Positions 47,379 through 55,021 of a stretch of DNA of 64,000 nt are shown one piece after another (position 1 is the stretch's first letter; the number at the start of each line of letters is the position of its first letter). The notes under the pieces are model-generated. The model was not told the DNA's origin, did no database searches, and saw only the letters and a program-made list of their open reading frames with translations. A program made the translations under genes and the position numbers. Source of the DNA: Dehalococcoidia bacterium (GTDB taxonomy: Bacteria; Chloroflexota; Dehalococcoidia; UBA6926); the NCBI GenBank assembly GCA_965206275.1, contig OZ242203.1, positions 761,894-825,893 of the forward strand. Reading direction: 5' to 3'.

Positions 47379-48590
47379 CTACCGAGGCAGCCCCAATCCT
47401 CTCTGCGCGATCAGATTCCGCTGGATCTCCGTCGTGCCGCCGCCAAGGCCGCTCCCATGCATCGCGCCGTAGCGGAAGCCCGGGTAGCCGCCCATCGGAG
47501 CGCGCGACTCGCCAAGGCCGAGCCGGCCGTACTCCTGCAGGATGCTCGCCATCAATTGCGGCCACTTCTTGCCGAGGTTGTCGCCCCACGCCTTGCCCAT
47601 GGAGCCTTCCTTCACGGGCAGCTCGCCGCGAGACTGCATGAACGCGACGCGGTAGGACAGCATCCGACGCGTCTCAAGCTCGATCTTCAGATCGGCCACC
47701 TTGTGGCGGATGAGCGGGTCGTTCAGCACCGGATCGCCATTGAATCGGGTATCTCGCACGACCGTGAGGAATCGATCAAGCTCGCCGAGGTACTTGGCTG
47801 CGGTCTCAATGCCCGAACGCTCAAAGGAGAGCGTCGTCATCGCGGCGTACCACCCGCGGTTCTCCTCGCCGATGAGGTTCCGAACAGGAACCCGCACGTT
47901 ATCAAAGAACACCTCGCTCCAGCGGCGCGTGCCCGTCATATCGAACAGCGGTCGCAGGGTGACGCCGGGGACCACCTCGCCCTCATCGCGCAGCTGCATC
48001 AGGACGTAGCTGATGCCGCGGTGCTTCGGCGCGTCCGGGTCTGTGCGAACCAGCACGTGGTACCACTCGCCGTAGTGCGCGCCGGACGTCCAGATCTTCT
48101 GGCCGTTGATTATGTAATCGTCGCCGTCGCGGACTGCCCGCGTCTGCAGGCTTGCCAGGTCGGAGCCCGCGTTCGGCTCGGAGAACCCCTGCGCGAAATC
48201 GATGTCCGCGTTGGCCATCTTCGGCAGAAACTCTTCCTTCTGCCACTCCGTGCCATGAATCATCAGCACGGGCGCGACGAGCCCGCCGCCGAACGATGCC
48301 GGAGCGCCCTCATAGGCCATCCCCTCGCGATAGGCAAGCTGCGTGGTGATGGCGGCGGCGCGGCCGCCGTACTCCTCCGGCCAGTGCATCGTCCACCAGC
48401 CCTTGTCCACCAGCTTCTTTGAGAAATCTCGCTGCGCTTTCAGAGCCTCATCATCCGCGTGATACGGAGACAGCAGGCCCATGTCATCCCAGCCGCGCGG
48501 GTCGGCGACCTTCTCGCTCCACTCGGTTCGCGTAAATGCGCGCGCCTCATCCTGCAGAGCCTGGTCGTCCGCGTTCAATCGAAAGTCCAT
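47379..48590 (-). CDS. Acyl-CoA dehydrogenase family protein, a paralog of 45053-46237.
   Basis: ACAD fold. Its domain order and C-terminus parallel 45053-46237. Confidence 0.85.
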   Translation of the reverse strand: MDFRLNADDQALQDEARAFTRTEWSEKVADPRGWDDMGLLSPYHADDEALKAQRDFSKKLVDKGWWTMHWPEEYGGRAAAITTQLAYREGMAYEGAPASFGGGLVAPVLMIHGTEWQKEEFLPKMANADIDFAQGFSEPNAGSDLASLQTRAVRDGDDYIINGQKIWTSGAHYGEWYHVLVRTDPDAPKHRGISYVLMQLRDEGEVVPGVTLRPLFDMTGTRRWSEVFFDNVRVPVRNLIGEENRGWYAAMTTLSFERSGIETAAKYLGELDRFLTVVRDTRFNGDPVLNDPLIRHKVADLKIELETRRMLSYRVAFMQSRGELPVKEGSMGKAWGDNLGKKWPQLMASILQEYGRLGLGESRAPMGGYPGFRYGAMHGSGLGGGTTEIQRNLIAQRGLGLPR

Positions 48591-48696
48591 CGCGTCCTCC
48601 CCTCCCGTGACTCTCCTGAGTCGTTGTCAGTCACTAGTGACGTGATTGGCTTGTTTGATGCGTCATTATGGCGCGTTATGACCCGCGCGACAATGC

Positions 48697-49485
48697 CTAA
48701 TTCGCTTCCGTTTCAGTTATTGTCACGCTGATGAGGCCTGTGCCCGGATTCGGGTCTGATTGCGGGTCCCTGATACGGATCGACCGCACCACGTCCATTC
48801 CCTCCGTCACGCGGCCAAACACCGCGTGCGCGTCATCCAGCCATGGTGTCGGTCCGAACGTGATGAAGAACTGCGCGCCTCCCGTATTCGGCTGTCCAAC
48901 GTTGGCCATGGACAAAATGCCCGGCCCGTCGTGGCGAAGGGTTGGATCAAACTCGTCAGGGATGGTGTACCCGGGTCCACGCCTCCCCGTCCCGGACGGA
49001 TCACCCCCCTGCGCCATGAAATCAGGAATCACGCGGTGGAACGTCGTGTTGTCGTAGTACCCCTCACGCGCCAGGAACACAAAGTTGTTGACGGTAATCG
49101 GCGTCTTGTCGGCGGTCAGTTCGATGACGAAGCTCCCGACCTCCGTCTCAAACGTCGCCGAATAGCACTTCGCCGGATCGATCTGCATCTCGGGCGGCGC
49201 GGTCCATTGATTCAGCTTTTCAGTCACGGTAAGGGGCTCCTCTCTCTCTACGGGCGTAGCGGCCACTGGAGTCGGGCATTCCGAATCCATAGCCGAATCG
49301 GTCGTGTCACCTGATGCGGGAATCGGTGTCGCTGTTGGAATAGGCGTGAACGTGGGAGGTGGTGGCACCGGCGTCGGCGTGTCTTCCGCAACCTCGCACG
49401 CAATGGCCCCAAGCACAAGGCCAATCGCCAGAACAGATATGGCAATCAGAAATAGCCGCTGAACATCGGGGCGGAAATGCATCAC
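48697..49485 (-). CDS. Cyclophilin-type peptidyl-prolyl cis-trans isomerase lipoprotein with a Pro/Thr-rich linker.
   Basis: The cyclophilin core is present (FHRVIPDFMAQGGDP..., ...LSMANVGQPNTGGAQFFITF...), together with a signal peptide and lipobox LGAIAC. Confidence 0.85.
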   Translation of the reverse strand: MMHFRPDVQRLFLIAISVLAIGLVLGAIACEVAEDTPTPVPPPPTFTPIPTATPIPASGDTTDSAMDSECPTPVAATPVEREEPLTVTEKLNQWTAPPEMQIDPAKCYSATFETEVGSFVIELTADKTPITVNNFVFLAREGYYDNTTFHRVIPDFMAQGGDPSGTGRRGPGYTIPDEFDPTLRHDGPGILSMANVGQPNTGGAQFFITFGPTPWLDDAHAVFGRVTEGMDVVRSIRIRDPQSDPNPGTGLISVTITETEAN

Positions 49486-49589
49486 ACCTTCAGCATAACT
49501 GTCGCTGAATTAGCCCCGCAACACGGCTCTTCGCTGTATCATTTTCTTTTACACGGCGCGCCGCCTGAACGGGAGGAGGGGCAGCACGC

Positions 49590-49628
49590 ATGGCGCGAAT
49601 GCGCTCTTGGGACGCCCTGAGCGTCTGA
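49590..49628 (+). other. Candidate 12-codon upstream ORF (MARMRSWDALSV), translationally coupled to the peptidase gene.
   Basis: GGGAGGAGGGG lies 8 nt before the ATG at 49590. Its TGA stop overlaps the peptidase ATG (TGATG) at 49626-49630. Confidence 0.3.
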
Positions 49629-50662
49629 TGGACGAGAACCGGACCATCACGTCCGTTCCGGGCGTCCGTCTCGCGCACATCACGGACAGGGACGCCGTGA
49701 CGGGCACGACCGTCCTCCTCTTTCCCGACTACGGCGCGATTGGTGGCGTCGAGGTTCGCGGCGCGGCTCCCGGCACTCGTGAGACCGATCTCCTCCGCCC
49801 CGGCACCCTTGTCGAGCGCGTCCATTCCATCTTCCTCACCGGCGGCAGCGCCTTTGGCATGAACGTCGCAGAGGGCATCATGCGCCACCTTGAGGTGGAG
49901 GGCATCGGTTTCCGGACACCCGGCGGCGTCGTCCCTATCGTCCCCGGCGCGGTGATCTATGACCTTGGCATCGGCAACACGGATCGACGAGTCACCCGTG
50001 ATTTCGGACTCGACGGCGCCCGTGAGGCCTCGGATGCCCCAGCCGAATCCGGCAGCGTCGGCGCCGGTACAGGCGCAACGGTCGCCAAGGCCCTTGGATC
50101 GGATCACGCCCTCAAGGGAGGCGTCGGCACTGCCGTCACGGATCTGGCGAGCGGCCACAAGATAGGCGCGGTCATGGTCGTCAACGCCTTTGGCGACATC
50201 GTCGATCCCGATACCGGCACACTCATCGCCGGCCCGCGCAATGACAACGCGGACGGCCCGCCCTTCCTCAGCACCCGCGACATCCTGCGCAGCAACCAGA
50301 GACGTGGCCCCGGCGGCCGGTTCGGCCAGCAGCCAACAAACACCACTATCGGCGTCGTCGCGACCGACGCGCCCCTGAACGTCGCACAGGCAAACCGACT
50401 CGCCATGATGGCCCACAGCGGCATCGCCCGCGCCATCGTGCCGTCATACGGCATGGGCGACGGCGATACCCTCTTCCTCGTCTCCACCGCCCCGCCGGAC
50501 ACGCCAACGGTTGACACCTTTGGCCTCACGCCCATCGGCGCGGCAGCAGCGGAAGTGGTTGAACGCGCTATCGTCGACGCAATCCGGTCCGCCACCGGCA
50601 TCGCCGGCATCCCGTCCGCCGCGGAACATATCTCTGGAATGAATGGACGCATGCGGCAATGA
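49628..50662 (+). CDS. P1-family peptidase (DmpA/L-aminopeptidase D-Ala-esterase/amidase-like, S58).
   Basis: Homology to the DmpA/OAT fold, including a GGSAFGM-type Gly-rich region. The start is the ATG at 49628 or the TTG at 49607. Confidence 0.65.
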   Translation: MDENRTITSVPGVRLAHITDRDAVTGTTVLLFPDYGAIGGVEVRGAAPGTRETDLLRPGTLVERVHSIFLTGGSAFGMNVAEGIMRHLEVEGIGFRTPGGVVPIVPGAVIYDLGIGNTDRRVTRDFGLDGAREASDAPAESGSVGAGTGATVAKALGSDHALKGGVGTAVTDLASGHKIGAVMVVNAFGDIVDPDTGTLIAGPRNDNADGPPFLSTRDILRSNQRRGPGGRFGQQPTNTTIGVVATDAPLNVAQANRLAMMAHSGIARAIVPSYGMGDGDTLFLVSTAPPDTPTVDTFGLTPIGAAAAEVVERAIVDAIRSATGIAGIPSAAEHISGMNGRMRQ

Positions 50663-51555
50663 CGACACTCCGTGGCGACAGGGTCGGCATTCTCGGCGCG
50701 GGAGCCGTTGGCACCGCGCTAGCCGTCGGCCTCTCGGAGGCAGGCTACAACGTCACCGCCATCACCAGCCGGAACACGGACCGTGCCAGGATGCTCTCCG
50801 GTCTCGTCGGCGGCGCCATCCACACCCGCCACGCCGGACTCCTCGTTGACGTCGCGGACATCGTTTTCCTCACAGTGCCGGATGACGTGATCGGCTCCGT
50901 TGCGGAAAGCGTCCCGTGGCGTAGTGGCATGGCCGCCGTCCACTGCTCCGGCGGAACGCCCGTCAGCGTGCTGGAGTGCGCCAGCGAATATGGGGCGGTG
51001 ATTGGCGGATTCCATCCCCTCTACACTTTTCCCCCTAGTGCGACGAAACCCGTAACGCTCGAAAACGTCACCTTCGCCATCGAGAGCCAGGACCCCGCTC
51101 TCCACCATGAATTGCGCGACATGGCGCATGCCCTCCACGGCCACGCCATCGACATCAATGAGAAGACGCGCGCCCTCTATCACATCTCCGGCGTGCTTGC
51201 CTCCAACTATTTGGTCGCGATTATTGCCGAAGCTGCTGGCCTTTGGGCGCAATTCGGGTACAATCAGTCGCAAGCCTTGCAGGCGCTGTTGCCGCTGGTT
51301 CGTGGAACGGTGGGGAATATCGAACGCGATGGAGCGGCCGCCGCGCTGACAGGTCCGATAGTCCGGGGAGACCTCGGCACCGTGCAGGCGCACCTGGAGC
51401 AGTTGCGGGCAACCTTGCCGAGCGTAGTACCCTTATACGCGGCGCTCGCGCAAGCGACGGCAAAGTTTGCCGTTGATGCGCAACGGCTCGATGGGACGAG
51501 AGGAGCGGAGATTCTCGCCCTGGTGGGGCGCGAGTCATCAGAGACGACAGGATAG
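50659..51555 (+). CDS. Rossmann-fold NAD(P)-binding protein with a DUF2520-like C-terminus; a putative ketopantoate reductase (PanG-like).
   Basis: GILGAGAVG Rossmann motif. It sits immediately upstream of panD-panB and overlaps the upstream gene by 4 nt. The DUF2520/PanG assignment is from memory. Confidence 0.55.
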   Translation: MTTLRGDRVGILGAGAVGTALAVGLSEAGYNVTAITSRNTDRARMLSGLVGGAIHTRHAGLLVDVADIVFLTVPDDVIGSVAESVPWRSGMAAVHCSGGTPVSVLECASEYGAVIGGFHPLYTFPPSATKPVTLENVTFAIESQDPALHHELRDMAHALHGHAIDINEKTRALYHISGVLASNYLVAIIAEAAGLWAQFGYNQSQALQALLPLVRGTVGNIERDGAAAALTGPIVRGDLGTVQAHLEQLRATLPSVVPLYAALAQATAKFAVDAQRLDGTRGAEILALVGRESSETTG

Positions 51556-51563
51556 ACGAACCG

Positions 51564-51947
51564 ATGATGCGCACAATGCTGGCCGGGAAGATTCACCGTG
51601 CCACCGTGACCGAGGCAAACGTCGATTACGAGGGCTCGATAACAATCGACCCTGATCTGCTGGAGGCCGCCGGCATCCTGCCCTATGAGCTCGTGCAAGT
51701 GCTCGACATCACGAATGGCGCGCGGCTCGAAACATACGCCATCGAGGGCGAGCGCGGCTCCGGACAGGTCTGCGTCAACGGCGCGGCCGGCTTGCTCGTT
51801 CGCGAGCGTGACCTGATTATCGTCCTCCATTTCATGCACATGTCGGAGGAGGATGCCTGCCGCGTCAGCCCACGCATCGTGCGTGTCGATGCCCGCAACC
51901 GTATCGTCCAGCGGACTAATCGCATCGAGGCCCGCAGCTACTACTAG
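51564..51947 (+). CDS. panD: Aspartate 1-decarboxylase (pyruvoyl-dependent).
   Basis: MMRTMLAGKIHRATVTEANVDYEGSITID contains the Gly-Ser self-cleavage site. Confidence 0.9.
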   Translation: MMRTMLAGKIHRATVTEANVDYEGSITIDPDLLEAAGILPYELVQVLDITNGARLETYAIEGERGSGQVCVNGAAGLLVRERDLIIVLHFMHMSEEDACRVSPRIVRVDARNRIVQRTNRIEARSYY

Positions 51948-51977
51948 AGCGCGTCTCGCCGTCGCGACGGCAAGGGA

Positions 51978-52811
51978 ATGATGTCCGTGCGCACAACCAT
52001 CAAGACGATTCAGGAATTCAAAGACCGGGGCGAACGCTTTCCGGTTCTGACCGCCTATGACTATTACACCGCGTGCGCCATTGATGAGTCTGGTGTTCCG
52101 GCCATTCTCGTCGGCGATAGCCTTGGCAACGTCGTGCTCGGGTACGACTCCACCGTCTCCGTCACGATGGACGACATGATCCACCACACCGCCGCCGTGG
52201 CCCGAGGAACGAAAAGGGCCCTCGTCATTGCCGATATGCCCTTCATGTCCTACCAGACCAGTCCGCAGGATGCCCTGCGCAACGCCGCGCGATTCCTCCA
52301 GGAGGCCGGCGCGCAGAGCGTCAAACTCGAGGGCGGCGAAGTCATGGCGGAGACAATCAGGGCGCTCGTCGACCGCGGCATCCCCGTCATGGGTCATATA
52401 GGATTCACGCCTCAATCCGAGTTCCAGATCGGACGTCGTTTCCAGGGACGCCGAAACGTTGAAGACGCGCGCAAGATGATCCGTGATGCCGAGGCCCTAC
52501 AGGCCGCCGGCGCCTACTCAATCGTGCTGGAGCTCGTGCCGGAACAGCTCTCCCAGATCATCACCGAGCGGCTCAGCATCCCCACAATTGGCATCGGCTC
52601 CGGCCCCCACTGCGATGCCCAGGTGCAGGTCGTAAGCGACATGCTCGGCATCGTCTCAGACCACGTCGGGCGGCACGTCAAGCGCTACGCGGACCTGAGC
52701 GACACCATCCGCGCCGCCGTCAGTGAATACGCTCAGGAAGTCCGCGACGGCACATTCCCCACCAGCGAGCACACCCGCCCCCTCTCAGAAGACATCCTCA
52801 AAGACCTCTAA
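51978..52811 (+). CDS. panB: 3-methyl-2-oxobutanoate hydroxymethyltransferase.
   Basis: PanB TIM-barrel homology (...LTAYDY..., ...VGDSLGNVVLGYDST..., ...KLEGG...). Confidence 0.9.
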   Translation: MMSVRTTIKTIQEFKDRGERFPVLTAYDYYTACAIDESGVPAILVGDSLGNVVLGYDSTVSVTMDDMIHHTAAVARGTKRALVIADMPFMSYQTSPQDALRNAARFLQEAGAQSVKLEGGEVMAETIRALVDRGIPVMGHIGFTPQSEFQIGRRFQGRRNVEDARKMIRDAEALQAAGAYSIVLELVPEQLSQIITERLSIPTIGIGSGPHCDAQVQVVSDMLGIVSDHVGRHVKRYADLSDTIRAAVSEYAQEVRDGTFPTSEHTRPLSEDILKDL

Positions 52812-52854
52812 ACCCCACCCGTCATTCCCTCCCCCCTCCCCCAACGTCAGTAAA

Positions 52855-53349
52855 ATGAAGAGCATGGAACTGCCTCGCCCAATCCTGACCCTCCTCCTAA
52901 TCTCCGCCATAGCCCTCGCCGCCCTCCTCGCCTCAGCCTGCGAAGAACGCGAACCGCAAGACCTTTCCTTCAGCATGAGCATCGAGGGCGGAGAACTGGT
53001 CGGCGACGAATCAACCCTGACGGTCAATCAGCACGATACTGTCACGATCGATTGGACAAGCGACCTGCCGCTTCTGGTTCATCTGCACGGCTACAACATC
53101 GAGGCACAGATGGAGCCGGGAGAAACGGCGCAGATGAGTTTCGTGGCCGATGCGACGGGGCGCTATGACATCTTTATCCACGCCGCAGAGGGCGTCCTAA
53201 CGGCAGGCTCCGGCATGGATAACATGAGCGGCATGGACTCGTCATCCGATTCCGAATCAGTGGATCACACCGAACACTCCATGACCGAGATGGCGGTGGG
53301 GCCGGGTGTCAGGGAACGCAAAATCGCCACTCTCGAAGTCAGGCCGTAA
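52855..53349 (+). CDS. Secreted lipoprotein (about 165 aa) with a Met/His/Asp/Ser-rich C-terminal region; a possible metal (copper)-binding cupredoxin-like protein.
   Basis: The ATG at 52855 (MKSMELPRPILTLLLISAIALAALLASAC) gives a lipobox. The C-terminal tract is MDNMSGMDSSSDSESVDHTEHSMTEM. The ORF track (52723) starts the frame before the panB stop. Confidence 0.55.
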   Translation: MKSMELPRPILTLLLISAIALAALLASACEEREPQDLSFSMSIEGGELVGDESTLTVNQHDTVTIDWTSDLPLLVHLHGYNIEAQMEPGETAQMSFVADATGRYDIFIHAAEGVLTAGSGMDNMSGMDSSSDSESVDHTEHSMTEMAVGPGVRERKIATLEVRP

Positions 53350-53364
53350 AATAAGCGGGCCGCA

Positions 53365-54900
53365 ATGAAGAGGCTCGCCGTAACTATCGTCCCGCTTGCA
53401 ACCGCGCTGGCGACTTTCGCATGGCTTATCCCCGGAGTCGCGTTTGCTCACGGCTTTGGCGAGAAATATGACCTACCCCTGCCCTTGTCTCTCTATGTGA
53501 CCGGCGCGGGTCTTGCCGTCGCCCTCTCATTCGTAATCGTCGCCGTCTTCGTGCGCCGAACACCAAGCGCAACCGACTACCCCCGCTTCAACCTCCTACG
53601 CCTCTGGCCTGTCCGCGTGTTGGCAACCACGCCTGTCATTCAGACGCTGCGCGTCCTCAGCGTCCTCCTGCTCCTGCTCGTTCTCCTGACCGGCGCGTTG
53701 GGCGTCAACCGTTCGACTACAAACATCGCACCCGTTCTGGTGTGGGTGTACTGGTGGGTCGGCATCGCGTTCGCGTCCGCGCTCATCGGAAACGTCTGGG
53801 GCTTGGTAAACCCAGTCCGCACTCTGTACGAATGGATGGACGCACTGGCGCAGCGCGTCATCCCCGGCGGCCTCAGCTTTGGGCAGGACGACTCCGCATA
53901 CCCGCCGCATTGGGCTGCATGGCCCGCCGTCATCGTCTTTGCACTCTTCGCATGGTTTGAGATCGCTTATGAGGGCTCAGCGGAGCCGCTCTCACTCGCC
54001 ATCGCCATCATCGGCTACTGCATGATCACGTGGTGGGGCATGGCAATCTTCGGAGCCGACTCGTGGATGCGCAACGCGGACGTTTTCTCTCTCATCTTTG
54101 GCATCCTTGCCCGATTCGCCCCAACAGAACTCCGCGTCGTCTCCGAATCGGGCGAGACCGTCTCCATTGACGATGTCGAGGCTTTCCGTGCCGCCCCGCC
54201 TGAACGACGAGAGTTCGGCCTCCGCCCTCCCGGCGCAGGACTGCTCAATGCGGCTGCAACGTCAACCTCCTACATGATTCTCGTCGTCGTCCTTCTCTCC
54301 ACCGTCACGTTCGACGGCCTACAGGACACCCCGCCCTGGGCGCGACTCGTCCACTCGGCGTTCGTCAACTCACCGGGCTGGACGTCCACCGCCGTCACGC
54401 TGGTGAACACGGCAGGCCTTGTCGCGTTCGCCGGGATATTCGTCGCCGCCTACCTCCTCTTCTGCGCCGTCATGGCCCGCTCAGGCGAGGAGCCTGAAAC
54501 GCGGAATACGCTGGCCGCTGCCCGCGTCTTTGCCCTCTCCCTTGTCCCCATCGCTTTCGCATACCATCTCGCCCACTTCGTCTCCTACCTGCTCATTCAG
54601 GGACAGGTCGTAATCCCCCATGCCTCCGACCCGTTCGGATTCGGATGGAATCTCTTCGGCACATCCGACTACGAGGTCAACATCGGCATCGTCAACGCGC
54701 AGTTCGTCTGGATACTGGCCATCGCCGCCATCGTCATCGGCCATGTCATTGCCGTCTTCCTCGCCCACGCCACGGCGCTGCGACACTTTGGCGCGCACGA
54801 CGTCGCTTTGAGAAGCCAGCGCGCTATGCTCATCCTGATGGTCGGCTACACGATGGTCAGCCTCTGGATCCTCGCCCAGCCAATCACCGAATATGTTTGA
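53365..54900 (+). CDS. Polytopic membrane protein (511 aa, at least 10 transmembrane segments) whose predicted mature N-terminus begins with His.
   Basis: The signal peptide ...PGVAFA|HGFGEKYDLPLPL predicts a mature N-terminal His. The protein has many hydrophobic helices. I recognise no family. Confidence 0.6.
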   Translation: MKRLAVTIVPLATALATFAWLIPGVAFAHGFGEKYDLPLPLSLYVTGAGLAVALSFVIVAVFVRRTPSATDYPRFNLLRLWPVRVLATTPVIQTLRVLSVLLLLLVLLTGALGVNRSTTNIAPVLVWVYWWVGIAFASALIGNVWGLVNPVRTLYEWMDALAQRVIPGGLSFGQDDSAYPPHWAAWPAVIVFALFAWFEIAYEGSAEPLSLAIAIIGYCMITWWGMAIFGADSWMRNADVFSLIFGILARFAPTELRVVSESGETVSIDDVEAFRAAPPERREFGLRPPGAGLLNAAATSTSYMILVVVLLSTVTFDGLQDTPPWARLVHSAFVNSPGWTSTAVTLVNTAGLVAFAGIFVAAYLLFCAVMARSGEEPETRNTLAAARVFALSLVPIAFAYHLAHFVSYLLIQGQVVIPHASDPFGFGWNLFGTSDYEVNIGIVNAQFVWILAIAAIVIGHVIAVFLAHATALRHFGAHDVALRSQRAMLILMVGYTMVSLWILAQPITEYV

Positions 54901-54952
54901 CGGCGCGTCCCATCCTGCTACGCTTTCGATTATCCGGCGCGGTGAGCCACAG

Positions 54953-54986
54953 CCCGTTCGTGGTGAGCTTGTCGAACCATGAACGG
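54953..54986. repeat. REP-like hairpin element with the core TGAGCTTGTCGAA.
   Basis: CCGTTCgtggTGAGCTTGTCGAAccatGAACGG is a variant of 14588-14617 and 35590-35620. Confidence 0.45.
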
Positions 54987-55021
54987 CCTTGAACCGCGTA
55001 TCGAGGGATAGAGGGGAGACA

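Noticed and set aside
46366-47589. A 407-aa minus-strand ORF.
   Set aside because: It is antisense to the methyltransferase and has no domain signal.
51264-52415. A 383-aa minus-strand ORF.
   Set aside because: It is antisense to panD and panB.
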